From positions 2,336,001 to 2,400,000 of the forward strand of contig OZ220733.1 of the NCBI GenBank assembly GCA_965116875.1: a stretch of DNA of 64,000 nt, given 5' to 3'. The position numbers were made by a program, and so were the translations under genes. The number at the start of each line of letters is the position of its first letter. Positions within the stretch are counted from its first letter, which is position 1. Shown here one piece after another: positions 24,001 to 27,950 of the stretch. The notes beneath the pieces are model-generated. The model did no database searches and had not been told where the DNA came from. It was given only the letters and a program-made list of their open reading frames with translations. This DNA is from Candidatus Latescibacterota bacterium. GTDB taxonomy: Bacteria > Latescibacterota > UBA2968 > GCA-2709665.

Positions 24001-26568
24001 CGCGCCGTGACATTCGAGAAGGGCGCGGCGGTGTCCATGCTGTCCGTGCGAACTCACGATGACGAACTGGATGAACCCGACGGCTCGATAACGGTGACGA
24101 TCGGGGACGGCGACGCCTTTCTGGCGGACCGGGATAGAAGCGCGATCGTACGGGTGACGGACGACGACGACCCGCCTGAGATATCGATCGCCGACGCCAG
24201 CGCTTACGAGGGCGGCGGGCGAATGACGTTCACGGCAACGCTGGCGGCGGCCAGCGCCCGCGAGGTCTGGGTGAGGTGGTCGACGAGCGACGGAACCGCC
24301 CGCGCCGGAGAGGACTACGAGAAATCGGAAGGGACCCTGCGCTTCCAGCCGTTGGAGATCGAAAAGTCGTTCTCGGTGCCGGTACTTGACGACGGGCTGG
24401 ATGAGGCGAACGAAACCTTTGCGGTTGCTTTGCGAGACGCGGTTAACGCGACCGTGAGCGGCGCCGCGAAGGGGACGATCATGGACGACGACCTGCCGAA
24501 TGTGGTCGTCAGGTCCGACACCGCTTCCGTGACCGAGGGCGCCGTCGCCGCGTTTACGTTGTTCAGGACCGGAGACTTGACGGTTTCGCTGGACGTTTCC
24601 GTGCAGGTATCGACGGAGGGGGATTTCATTTCGAGTCCGCTTCCGGAATCCGTCACCTTCGAAGAGGGGGCCGCTGAGGCCACGTTGGCCCTGCAGACCG
24701 AAAACGACGCGTTGGACGAACCCGATGGTTCGGTGACGTTAGCGATATCGGAGGACAACGCGTACGAGGCGTCCGAACCGTCCAGCGCGACCATACGGGT
24801 CACGGACAATGACGACCCGCCGAAGATAACCATTTCGGACGGTCGCGCTGGCGAGGGCGACGAACAGATGGTTTTCGCCGTGACGCTGACAACGCCCAGC
24901 GCCCGCGAGGTGAGCGTGGAATGGACGACGGAAGACGTCTCCGCGGGTGCGCCCGCAACCGCTTCGGCAACGGCCGGTGAAGATTACGGGAGCGCGAGCG
25001 GCACGCTGCGGTTCCCCCCGTTGGAAGTCAGCAAATCGATTCGGGTGGTCGTATTGGACGACGACCTGGATGAGCCCCGGGAGACGTTCACGGTGCGATT
25101 GAAGAATTCCGTAAATGCCGCCATAAACGACGGTGAAGCCATTGGAACGATCATCGACGACGATATGGCGATTTCCAGAGCCTGGCTGGCCCGGTTCGGC
25201 CGAACCGTGGCCGGACACGTTCTCGATGCGATTGACGAGCGCTTTTCCGGCCGGGACGCGCCGAACGCTCATCTCACGTTGGGAGGGCGGCGGCTGGGCG
25301 CATCGGAAACGATGCCGGCGGTTCTTGAGACCGGCCAGCGGTCTGCCGGCGGCGCGCCGGGCCTGTTCGGCTTCACTGGAGAAGGACAGGATGAGAGGGC
25401 GTTCCGGTTTTCGAACGTGGGCTTGCGCGAATTTCTGTTGAACAGCTCCTTTTCGGCATCCCCGCGAACGAGATGGACGGCATGGGGCCGCGGCGCGACG
25501 ACCCGTTTCGCCGGCAGCGAAGCGGGACTTTCGATCGATGGCGAGGTTGTAACCGGCACGTTGGGCGCGGATTACGAACGTGGACGCGTGCTCGGGGGTG
25601 TGGCGGTGGCGCACAGCGTGGCTGATGGCGAGTTTACCGTCCCGGAAACGTCCTTTCGCGCCGAACCGAAGGCCGCCTTGACCAGCGTTCACGTCTACAT
25701 GGGCGTTGACGCGAACCGGCGCGTGCCGGCGTGGGGTCTTCTGGGAATCGGACGGGGAGATATATCGCAACTCGACGGCGGCGGCGCACGCGGAATCGGT
25801 CTCAAAATGGGCGCGGCGGGCTTGCGGGGCCGTCTGTTGTCTCCGACCGGGGGAAGCGGGTTCGAACTTTCGGTGAGGTCGGACGCCTTTACGGCGTTGA
25901 TGAACGTCGACGCCGTCGACGTTCAACCTCCCGTGGAAGCGAAAGCCAGCCGGCTGCGCCTCGCGCTTGAAGCCGAACAGGTCCTTGTTTCCGCCGCCGG
26001 CCGGTCGGTGACGCCTTCGCTTGAAGTCGGGGTGCGGCGCGACGCCGGCGACGCGGAGACGGGAGCCGGCCTCGAATTGGGCGGCGGCCTTCGTTACACC
26101 GACGGGAAGAAGGGCCTGACGATGGAAACGAGCGCTCGCGCCTTGATCGCCCATGAGGACGATACCTACCGGGAGTGGGGCGTGAGCGGTTCGATTAACC
26201 TGACCCCCCGGGCGTCGCAACGGGGTATTATGCTCAGGCTGAGGACGTCCTCGGGCAACGCTCAAAGCGGTGTGGACCGCCTCTGGGCGCCCGGCGGAGC
26301 GCAGGGAGTCCGGGGATCCCCGTACGGCGGCGGGTCCGGCGCATTCGACGCGGAATTGGGCTACGCAATGAACCCGCGGTGGACGAGCGGTCTCCTCACG
26401 CCCTATGCCAACGTCAGGATGGCTGCCGGCGCAGGTCCCGCCTATGGCCTGGGCTGGCGCCTTAAGGCGGACAGATCTTTTAATCTGGACATGTCCGCCT
26501 ACCGCCGTGAACGCCCCGGCGCCGCGCCGATTCACGGACTCCAGTTACGCGTTGTTCTATACAGGTAA
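1..26568 (+). CDS. Giant surface adhesin (>8850 aa): LRR region, dozens of Calx-beta/Ig-like repeats, C-terminal autotransporter-like beta-barrel; 5' end probably lies outside the window
   Basis: Uninterrupted ORF 10..26568. The frame is also open from base 1 (TEEVADYLV, which aligns with the LRR N-cap TPQVRNEIV of the 3026-aa protein), and no signal peptide follows position 10. Contains 24-aa LRRs, Calx-beta motifs (YxTxxGTAxAGxDY...ETFTVTL) and WLARFGRTVA followed by amphipathic strands at the C-terminus. Confidence 0.92.
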   Translation, partial: TEEVADYLVFATAAYNCSQVTAALLAEIELASMDLQLAGISSLKSGDFSDLPDLEDIVLNDNELTSLPADVFSGLSNLTGLVLNDNELTSLPAGVFSGLSNLRELHLEDNELTSLPAGVFSGLSNLRELHLNDNELTSLPAGVFSGLSNLTVIYLYGNDLTTLPAGVFSGLSNLRELHLEDNELTSLPAGVFSGLSSLVDLDLKGNEDLISLPDGAFSGLTSLESLKLSDNSLPVALTRVGGGQFKAAMATGAPFDVVLNISAAEGDESLDDFDVTIPQGSVESETMAVRRRGTDVVTVDVTRLPGFPNNKHSGYLLSKAPGLPLQIHDAVVQAAVEVSAYKPDGWMGDPVIWSGNDAVFTVKRCDPSTDASLCAAGVASSLNVSIEVSGQARTATIPANQYSVEVRVPTTTATQDLSVNLVAAAGYVMDPYRTQVRVDVHDAPSSTFFLSGTPEPVVEGAAIDFTVQRCRYLESVCFDEDLPEQTINLSVTDQGNFISGTPPATLTFAAGAVSNTLTVSTLDDVVDEDDGSVTVAVGASDATTGAYQVGAPNSATVAVTDDDAGLVLAVNDTTAAEADGYIDFTVTLTKPGDTNDTERTVTVDYATASGTAVEDEDFLAASGTLTLDRATPGKTVRVSLVADTHEEPRETFTLTLRNAVNATLEGGEITLAVTGTIEANEALTGVPVTMTAPEHVTEGEDAVFTLTRSGNTTAPLVVEVEVQRLRASFPTGDAVPHAVFFPANQTAATLTVLSVEDNDSLDPDRTLTARLTHETGNVRRVPIHDNDPPEISIRGTGYKPDGWTGHPVAWEGNEAFFILERCDPATDRCEGFWTPEELTVRVTGIGSGVGVTEVTFPRGVFSTEVSRQTYEAESRGLQGYATAFVQTGEGYTPAPDARVADVLVYDVHPQTVRLYGFPNPVPEGTLLNYHLERCRAIESVCFDEDLPALTVNLSVTEEGSFISGTPAATLTFRENALYNIYTVRTVDDAVAEDDGSVTVAIADSTATSGPYLIHATESAHTIAVTDNDDQPRIGIEDAAAGESDGSITFPVTLKIPDGTDYSDQTVTVQYATASGTATQGTDYTAASGTLTFAPRETEKSISVTVTADVLSEVDETFTLTLSNANNAGLSGGGATLAATGTIVDDDLAHVSIAADAAAVIEGQAAAFTLTRSANSTGALTVDVEVTTEDDPHGDLLLGAAPTSAAFEAGKTEAALNVFTADNSRVQYNRAVKVTIEPRGDTDYTLVADASAASVAVRDNEKPHVTVTNYTPVVNGRPRRLTEGDPVELKLKRVGDLTAALTVPLEWAIERSEGLGRNWESYFSTPRPQTATFPAGESRVTVTVPTDDDNLDELDIVISGGPPNPDGDPQLKLLYTSDWRRRTAEFRIQDDDGPQVTVRARTTPVAESADAVFNLTRTSDSGEMPVQVTLAQTGDFLASTTTPVTVTFAAGDLDTTLTVSLDDDDLDEDEGSVTATLVEGDAYEIGDRSSATVVVTDDDDAQRVTIAAASTGSVVEGGNAVFTLTRRTVRNGQEVDESREKLIVNVTVSQKGDFLTASPPARAVFPVGDNEVTLRVPTVKDYVADGTGSVIVTLAEGAGYGIPAAGQTGRKATVTVTDDNQGQEVRIAAAAASVAEGQPVVFTLTRSVFTRARSLSGELRVSVDLSDPDDILSGTPTTATAVFNHGSARTTLSLPTTDNAYVQDDPRVTATLAEQRGYRVPPADQTGRKATVRVNDNDGRVRVSISSNAAQVTEGDDVVFTLNRSGDPSGRLQVLLYLGGHVKIMTEGTLEKRFKRFIANFDADQSSFDLRYTTEADEKNEGDGKIFLQIKTSPTGSYTVSGSRSRTVIVKDDDYPVLTMKESALTIDEGSPMGWTMVRTGDLSARLYIGWGFSITRNHYVHKDRLKRYLVRDTDEPGTDPSSWYFANGASERSFLQYPTGLYNYVGPEGGTAIYTILDDGCDETTEYCENPGYTIGEPSATTITINNIYAAVFIRPVSASVNEGDPATFTLERRWNSNNIKKKHTDVTIRVTQTGSVISGTPPTTQRLEIGDSEATLSIPTLEDVVKEDDGAVTVEILSPGPLDEQTDNTAYYPAGTVDGVNYSRATVTVRDDDQVPTVTVRALAESVEEGETIRFEFARTGAADEAMKFKFKVDRIYDYFYGFPGTSTATWTWPAGDSKFTYTLRTADRPDIDPDGAAVVTVLAPGEDTDEFPVQYLVGDPSVARTEIRNNDAARMSIAATPERISEGETAVFTVTRTGVTDRAHTVLVSIDDPDKLAAVALPTSVSFSIGETEKTAIFSTIAPDPIRQGDRTITATVKLDHNFEPPEGSIPPDYRFPTYLLGDPSSATVTVADAPLPTLTVSDTSASEADGNLTFTVTAGGFRYGAITLDYTTTGGTAAQGTDYTATSGALTIATTETEKTIAVPVTDDALAEAEETFTLTLSNAAKAVFEGGGATLDATGAIEDDEVLQVAIAAAEETVIEGSDARFTLSVSGATSTGDVEVGYTLSGTATAGADYTAPDGAFTIDAGQTGGTLAIPMLNDGEREFEETLIATLNSASNVAEVQLAATRATVKIRDASTRIFLSLDRASVAENDEDKTVRVSAAVNASLLPTPTTVRVSVAGGTATAADFAAVSSFDVTIPAETREGSGAFTLSPVDDAVDEEDETITVSGEVTSLTPGRSPPLTVTSADLILTDDDDRKVVVTPSELTIDEGGRGSYGIRLASQPTENVTVTVGGASGDVSPTPTTLTFTAANYQTPQPVVVTAAPDEDVVADPDVTLTHSVSSSGDYNGLTASSVTVTITETDERGVTVRPTELTVDEGGSNTYTVVLTSQPTGDVTVTVGGISGDVSVSGPPLTFTASDWDDAQIVTVRAAEDDDALADPKVILTHTVAGADYGSNSVTADDVVVTVAENDTPTLAISDTSAAEDAGSLVFRVTLSQATSQTVTVTYSTANGTATAGSDYTAVTNGTLTFSPGGGLSQTLTVSVADDDVDEANETFTVALKNPQNATLADAAATGTIEDDDGRGVTVSSATLAVPEGGSNTYTVVLDSEPTEDVTVTVGGASGDVTADVDTGTSGDQTVMTFTPSNWSTAQTVTVSAAEDADAVVDEVTLTHAVSSSGDYSGETASSVAVTVTENDKPALSIADTTAAEDDGDMVFRVSMSTASSKTVTVSYSTANGTAAAGSDYTTVSNGTLTFSPGGSLSQTVSVSVTDDAVVEGNETFTVTLKNPQNATLADATATGTIEDDDAASFSLSVSSSAVAEDGGTSTVTVSTGGVSFLADTTFTLTLGGTATKGTDYTVGSESLELTAGQTSVTTTVTATDDDVDEADETVTVSASLGGSTVGSQKTVTITDDDGRGVTISKATLAVPEGGSSTYTVVLDSEPTEEVTVTVGGASGDVSVDVDTEGDQTAMTFTADDWDDAQTVTVSAAEDADALADEVTLTHTVSSTGDYSGETASSVAVTVTENDKPALSIADTTAAEDDGDMVFRVSMSTASSKTVTVSYSTANGTAAAGSDYTTVSNGTLTFSPGGSLSQTVSVSVTDDAVVEGNETFTVTLKNPQNATLADATATGTIEDDDAASFSLSVSSSAVAEDGGTSTVTVSTGGVSFLADTTFTLTLGGTATKGTDYTVGSESLELTAGQTSVTTTVTATDDDVDEADETVTVSASLGGSTVGSQKTVTITDDDGRGVTISKATLAVPEGGTNTYTVVLDSEPTEEVTVTVGGASGDVSVDVDTEGDQTALTFTADDWDDAQTVTVSAAEDADALADEVTLTHTVSSSGDYSGETASSVAVTVTENDKPALSIADSSAAEGDGALVFRVSMNVASSQTVTVSYSTANGTAAAGSDYTTVSNGTLTFSPGGSLSQTVSVSVTDDAVVEGNETFTVTLKNPQNATLADATATGTIEDDDEPSFSLSVSSSAVAEDGGTSTVTVSTGGVSFTADTTFTLTLGGTATKGTDYTVGSESLELTAGQTSVTTTVTATDDDVDEADETVTVSASLGGSTVGSQKTVTITDDDGRGVTVSKATLAVPEGGSSTYTVVLDSEPTGDVTVTVGGTSGDVSVDTDTKTTGIQTAVTFTSSNWSTAQTVTVSAAEDDDAVADEVTLTHAVSSTGDYGSVTADNVAVTVTENDKPALSIADTSAAEGDGSLAFRVSMNVASSQTVTVKYSTANGTANAGQDYTAVSNKTLTFSPGGSLSQTVSVSLTDDDLDEANETLTMTLNSPENATTADATATGTIEDDDEPSFSLSVSSSAVAEDGGTSTVTVSTGGVSFLADTTFTLTLGGTATKGTDYTVGSESLELTAGQTSVTTTVTATDDDVDEADETVTVSASLGGSTVGSQKTVTITDDDGRGVTISKATLAVPEGGTNTYTVVLESEPTADVTVTVGGASGDVSVDVDTEGDQTALTFTASDWETAQTVTVSAAEDADALADEVTLTHTVSSSGDYSGETASSVAVTVTENDKPALSIADSSAAEGDGALVFRVSMNVASSQTVTVSYSTANGTAAAGSDYTTVSNGTLTFSSGGSLSQTVSVSVTDDAVVEGNETFTVTLNNPQNATIADATATGTIEDDDEPSFSLSVSSSAVAEDGGTSTVTVSTGGVSFLADTTFTLTLGGTATKGTDYTVGSESLELTAGQTSVTTTVTATDDDVDEADETFTISASLGGSTVGSQKTVTITDDDGRGVTVSKATLAVPEGGSSTYTVVLDSEPTGDVTVTVGGTSGDVSVDTDTTTGIQTAVTFTSSNWSTAQTVTVSAAEDDDAVADEVTLTHAVSSTGDYGSVTADNVAVTVTENDKPALSIADTSAAEGDGSLAFRVSMNVASSQTVTVKYSTANGTANAGQDYTAVSNKTLTFSPGGSLSQTVSVSLTDDDLDEANETLTMTLNSPENATTADATATGTITDDDGRGVTISKESLTVTEGGSNTYTVVLDSEPTAEVTVTVGGMSGDVSVDTDTKTTGIQTALTFTPSNWSTAQTVTVSAAEDEDALADPKVTLTHTVAGADYGDNSVTADDVAVTIAENETPTLAIADSSATEDAGSLVFRVTLSQATSQTVTVRYSTSNATATAGSDYTAVSNGTLTFSPNSLKQTVTVSVADDDLDEANETFTVTLKSPKNATLSDATATGTIEDDDERGVTVSPTALTVTEGSSKTYEVVLTSKPTDDVTVTVGGASGDVTADVDTGTSGDQAALTFTPSNWSAAQTVTVSAAEDDDALADATVTLTHTVAGADYGTNSVTADDVVVTIAENDTPTLAIADTSAAEGDGSLAFRVTLSQASSEQVTVTYSTANGTATAGQDYTAVSNKTLTFSPGGSLSRTASVSVADDDVDEGDETFTVTLNSPENATTADATATGTITDDDERGVTVSKEALTVTEGSSGTYTVVLTSKPTGDVTVTVSGMTGDVSVNKTALTFTASTWDDAQTVTVSAAEDDDALADAQVTLTHTVAGADYGDNSVTAGNVAVTVAENDAPTLAISDTTAAEDAGHLVFRVTLSQATSQTVTVGYATLNGTATAGEDYTAVSNGTLTFSPEALSRTVSVSLTDDDVDEADETFAVKLKSPQHATLADAAAIGAILDDDERGVTVSRATLTVTEGSSGAYTVVLDSKPTDDVTVTVGGASGDVTVNQTALTFTASNWNSAQTVTVSAAEDDDALADATVTLTHAVAGADYGANSVTAGHVVVAIAENETPTLAISDTTAVEDDGSMVFRVSLSTATSEQVTVRYSTSNGTATAGEDYTAVPDGTVTFSPNTLAQTVTVSIDDDDVKEANETFTVTLNSPQNATLATATATGTIVDDEPRRLVNPAKKPPPGNLIDPEGVLTVTLVLTPAEIQENGGTTTVTALLNRESTEATTVTVTAEPESPASSSDYTQSGNALTVTAGEQTSTGTVEITAVDNALDGPSKQVKVLGTASNSEELTSLARQTLTITDDDERGVTLSKEALTVTEGSSGTYTVVLTSKPTDDVTVTVGGASGDVTVGTDTNDDGDQDELTFTPTDWSSAQTVTVSAAEDDDALTDATVTLTHAVAGADYGSNSVTADDVVVTVAENDTPTLAIADTSASEDAGNLVFRVSLSQATSQTVTVRYSTSNATATAGSDYTAVTNKTLTFSPGGSLSRTVSVSLTDDDLDEADETFTVTLKSPQNATLADATATGTIEDDDERGVTVSKEALTVTEGSSGTYTVVLTSKPTGDVTVTVGGASGDVTVDTDTDNTGNQTALTFTASTWDDAQTVTVSAAEDDDALADAKVTLTHTVAGADYGSNSVTADDVVVTIAENDTPTLAIADSSASEDAGNLVFRVSLSQATSQTVTVRYSTSNGTATAGSDYTAVNNKTITFSPGGGLTQAVTVSVADDDVDEADETFTVTLNSPQHATTADATATGTIEDDDERGVTVSEATLAVPEGGSNTYTVVLDSEPTANVTVTVGGASGDVTVDTDTDNTGNQTALTFTASTWDAAQTVTVSAAEDDDALTDATVTLTHTVAGADYGSNSVTADDVVVTIAENDTPTLAIADSSASEDAGNLVFRVSLSQATSQTVTVRYSTSNGTATAGSDYTAVTNKTLTFSPGGSLSRTVSVSLTDDDLDEADETFTVTLNSPQNATLADATATGTIEDDDERGVTVSKEALTVTEGSSGTYTVVLTSKPTGDVTVTVGGASGDVTVDTDTDNTGNQTALTFTASTWDAAQTVTVSAAEDDDALTDATVTLTHTVAGADYGDNSVTASNVAVTVAENDTPTLAIADSSASEDAGSLVFRVSLSQATSQTVTVRYSTSNGTATAGSDYTAVNNKTITFSPGGGLTQAVTVSVADDDVDEADETFTVTLNSPQHATTADATATGTIEDDDERGVTISRETLTVTEGSSGTYTVVLDTEPTGNVTVTVDGASGDVSVNKNTLTFTAGDWETAQTVTVSAAEDADAVVDRATLTHSVSSTGDYSGETASNVAVTVTENDTPTLAIADTSAAEGDGSLVFRVTLNVASSKTVTVGYSTSNGTATAGSDYTAASNQTLTFSPGGSLSQTVSVSVSDDAVVEGDETFTVTLKSPQNATISDAAATGTITDDDEASFSLSANPSAVAEDGGTSTVTVSTGGVSFPADTTFALTLGGTATQDTDYTVGSESLTLTAGQTSVTTTVTATDDDVDEANETVTVSATLNGSAVGSSQTVTINDDDDRGVTVSREALTVTEGSTGAYTVVLDSEPTADVTVTVNGASGDVSVNKTTLTFTAGDWETAQTVTVSAAEDHDALADDKVTLNHSVAGADYGANSVTASSVVVTIAENDTPTLAIADTSAAESDGGMVFRVTLSTASSQMVTVSYFTSDGEATAGSDYTAVTNGSITFGQGGALSRTVSVSVTDDAVVEGDETFTVTLNSAQNAQIVTSEATGRITDDDEASFSLSVNPSAVAEDGGTSTVTVSTGGVSFPADTTFALTLGGTATQDTDYTVGSESLTLTAGQTSVTTAVTATDDDVDEADETVTVSATLDGIGVGSSQTVTINDDDDRGVTISRETLTVTEGSSGTYTVVLDSEPTEDVTVTVGGASGDVSVNKTTLTFTAGDWETAQTVTVSAAEDDDALADDKVTLNHTVAGADYGANSVTADDVVVTIAENDTPTLSIGNESAAEGAGTIAFTVTLSTAGSQAVTVAYETSNGTATAGEDYTAANGTLTFPAGNTAAQTITVPITDDALDEPDETFTVTLSNAQNAALSGGQNTLSATGTIKDDDGRPVSRGEDESPASDEDEEPALTLSPLRLPVPEGGRAIYTVVLAARPTSSVTVSMTTDLAGTDLLIDRATLTFTSQNWNTAQTVTVSAAEDDDLLVDPVVRLTHTASGGNYNGISGVVAAAIVENDLPALFVDDARAGESDNVMVFAVRLNAPAGKVVSASCRTADGTAKNGEDFEEPVGRVVIEPGAVEGTIRVSIMDDERDEADESFTLLLEDVRNATIGRGAGKGTILDDDLPRVRIAAVMTEVSEGRAIAFSLTREGDLTVSLEVPVRIETEGAFFSMPPPRAVTFEKGAAVSMLSVRTHDDELDEPDGSITVTIGDGDAFLADRDRSAIVRVTDDDDPPEISIADASAYEGGGRMTFTATLAAASAREVWVRWSTSDGTARAGEDYEKSEGTLRFQPLEIEKSFSVPVLDDGLDEANETFAVALRDAVNATVSGAAKGTIMDDDLPNVVVRSDTASVTEGAVAAFTLFRTGDLTVSLDVSVQVSTEGDFISSPLPESVTFEEGAAEATLALQTENDALDEPDGSVTLAISEDNAYEASEPSSATIRVTDNDDPPKITISDGRAGEGDEQMVFAVTLTTPSAREVSVEWTTEDVSAGAPATASATAGEDYGSASGTLRFPPLEVSKSIRVVVLDDDLDEPRETFTVRLKNSVNAAINDGEAIGTIIDDDMAISRAWLARFGRTVAGHVLDAIDERFSGRDAPNAHLTLGGRRLGASETMPAVLETGQRSAGGAPGLFGFTGEGQDERAFRFSNVGLREFLLNSSFSASPRTRWTAWGRGATTRFAGSEAGLSIDGEVVTGTLGADYERGRVLGGVAVAHSVADGEFTVPETSFRAEPKAALTSVHVYMGVDANRRVPAWGLLGIGRGDISQLDGGGARGIGLKMGAAGLRGRLLSPTGGSGFELSVRSDAFTALMNVDAVDVQPPVEAKASRLRLALEAEQVLVSAAGRSVTPSLEVGVRRDAGDAETGAGLELGGGLRYTDGKKGLTMETSARALIAHEDDTYREWGVSGSINLTPRASQRGIMLRLRTSSGNAQSGVDRLWAPGGAQGVRGSPYGGGSGAFDAELGYAMNPRWTSGLLTPYANVRMAAGAGPAYGLGWRLKADRSFNLDMSAYRRERPGAAPIHGLQLRVVLYR
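145..700 (+). repeat. 72-bp tandem repeats encoding 24-aa LRRs
   Basis: Near-identical gacaacgagctgaccagcctgccggccggcgtcttctccggactgagcaacctg recurs at 72-bp spacing (181, 253, 325, 397, 541). Confidence 0.95.
9085..14061 (+). repeat. Five intragenic tandem units of 993-999 bp, each encoding three domains
   Basis: RGVT unit starts at 9085, 10084, 11077, 12070, 13069 and 14062; the DNA is nearly identical between units. Confidence 0.93.
17803..20526 (+). repeat. Four intragenic tandem units of 681 bp, each encoding two domains
   Basis: Unit starts at 17803, 18484, 19165, 19846 and 20527. Confidence 0.93.
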
Positions 26569-26756
26569 TCAGGCGAGGACGCCGAACCCGAGAGGCAGGG
26601 TGGACCATCGCTGACGGCGGTCAAATATGGCAGTCGTACGCTTTCCGCCTCTCGAGGTTCTATCGGCTTATCGCACGCTTCGCCCATTCCGCGCCTTACC
26701 ATCTCAGAAGATCCGGACAAACCCTCCCAACTGCCCCGCGTTTTCTCTTTCCTGCC

Positions 26757-27008
26757 CTGCTCGTGTTGCAAATTGCACAAGGTGTTGCAATTTGCAACAC
26801 GAGCAGCTTCCTCCAGCCGGATCTTCTCTATAAAAGGCGAATAAACATAGATTAATCGAAGTCCTGGTTCCCTGAAATTGCAGTGGGTATCTGATTTCAG
26901 GACGCATTCTGCACATTTCCGGATTGAATCAACCCACCGGTTGTATGTTGTAACGCTTTCAAAATCATAGAATTACTCGACATTAGTGCAATTGGCACGG
27001 ATTTCGCA
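26757..27008 (+). promoter_or_regulatory. Sigma-54 promoter with upstream activator boxes (copy 1; no intact downstream gene)
   Basis: TGGCACGGATTTCGCA at 26993-27008 with GG and GC 12 bp apart. Boxes at 26764 and 26783 lie inside a perfect 21-bp inverted repeat (26757-26777/26786-26806); a third, weaker box is at 26901. Confidence 0.75.
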
Positions 27009-27486
27009 ATTGTGTCGCATTTTGCGTCACGGATACGTGAGTCGTGCGCGTAACGGGACACTGGCATTCGAAGCTATGTGACCGGTGTTCTGTCCTGGAA
27101 AAAGGGTTGTCTGAATCCGGCGGAACAGAATCAGCAAAAACAGCGGTCATCTCACAACCGTCAGCTCGAATCAAGGCCTCAGGCAGTAACCTCGGCGCCG
27201 TATAGAGCCAGTACCGGAATGGTCGAAACCTTCGTTAGTTCATGCTCTGTGTAAGCTTGAACGGACGTCGCCGGATGCGGCGCGAAATCCTTGGCGCATC
27301 ACGGGAAACCGTTACGCCGGTTTCAGTGAACGATCCGGCAAGGGCGGACCTATGCCGCGGCCTCCTCCACTCACGCGGCGTCGCCCTGCGGTTTCCCGTG
27401 AGTTCTTCCGTTGCCTGTCTCGCAGAACGCGAACCGGAGCAAGAGTGATGCCCAAAAAACCCGGCAATACGTATCAGGAGGCAAGA

Positions 27487-27753
27487 ATGAATCCAAAGAT
27501 GATGGTCGGGCCATTGCTCGGGGTAGAAAGCGACTCGGTTTACACCGTCTGTTATTTGTCTGATCAGACCGTGAACGACTGCGATCTGTTCGTGAACGAT
27601 GCCAGGGCGTCATTAAGGACACCCGAAATGAACTGCCCGTTCGGCTCGGACACGTATATCCGAACGCGCAACTATGCCGTGCTTGAGGAGGGAACCGACA
27701 GGAAAGTGTGGGTGAACTGGATCTGTGAGGAAGAGGTGCGGCTATGGATATGA
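27487..27753 (+). pseudogene. Short ORF, possibly a collapsed remnant of a PhoD-like phosphatase gene
   Basis: RBS caggagg. The N-terminus VGPLLGVE..YTVC and the C-terminus TYIRTRNY..L...VWVNWICE resemble the two ends of PhoD-like proteins. This is recalled similarity, not a database search. Confidence 0.35.
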
Positions 27754-27818
27754 ACGGCAGCGGCGCGATGGATTTGTCGGACTTTCTGGCCTTCGTGCAG
27801 GTATTCGGTACCACCTGA
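27744..27818 (+). pseudogene. Orphan half of a dockerin-like EF-hand tag
   Basis: Reads MDMNGSGAMDLSDFLAFVQVFGTT*, versus MDMDGSGAIDLADFLAFARVFGTT in the 33470 gene. Confidence 0.75.
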
Positions 27819-27950
27819 CACGTCCAGTGACCTGGTGTCTCCTGGGAATCCGCCGTTGAATCGCCTTTTTTAACTCGCACATAATCGAATCAGCGTTCAC
27901 GAAGAATTACGTATCAAGGTTAACCCGTCGGGATGCGTTGAATATGCGGT

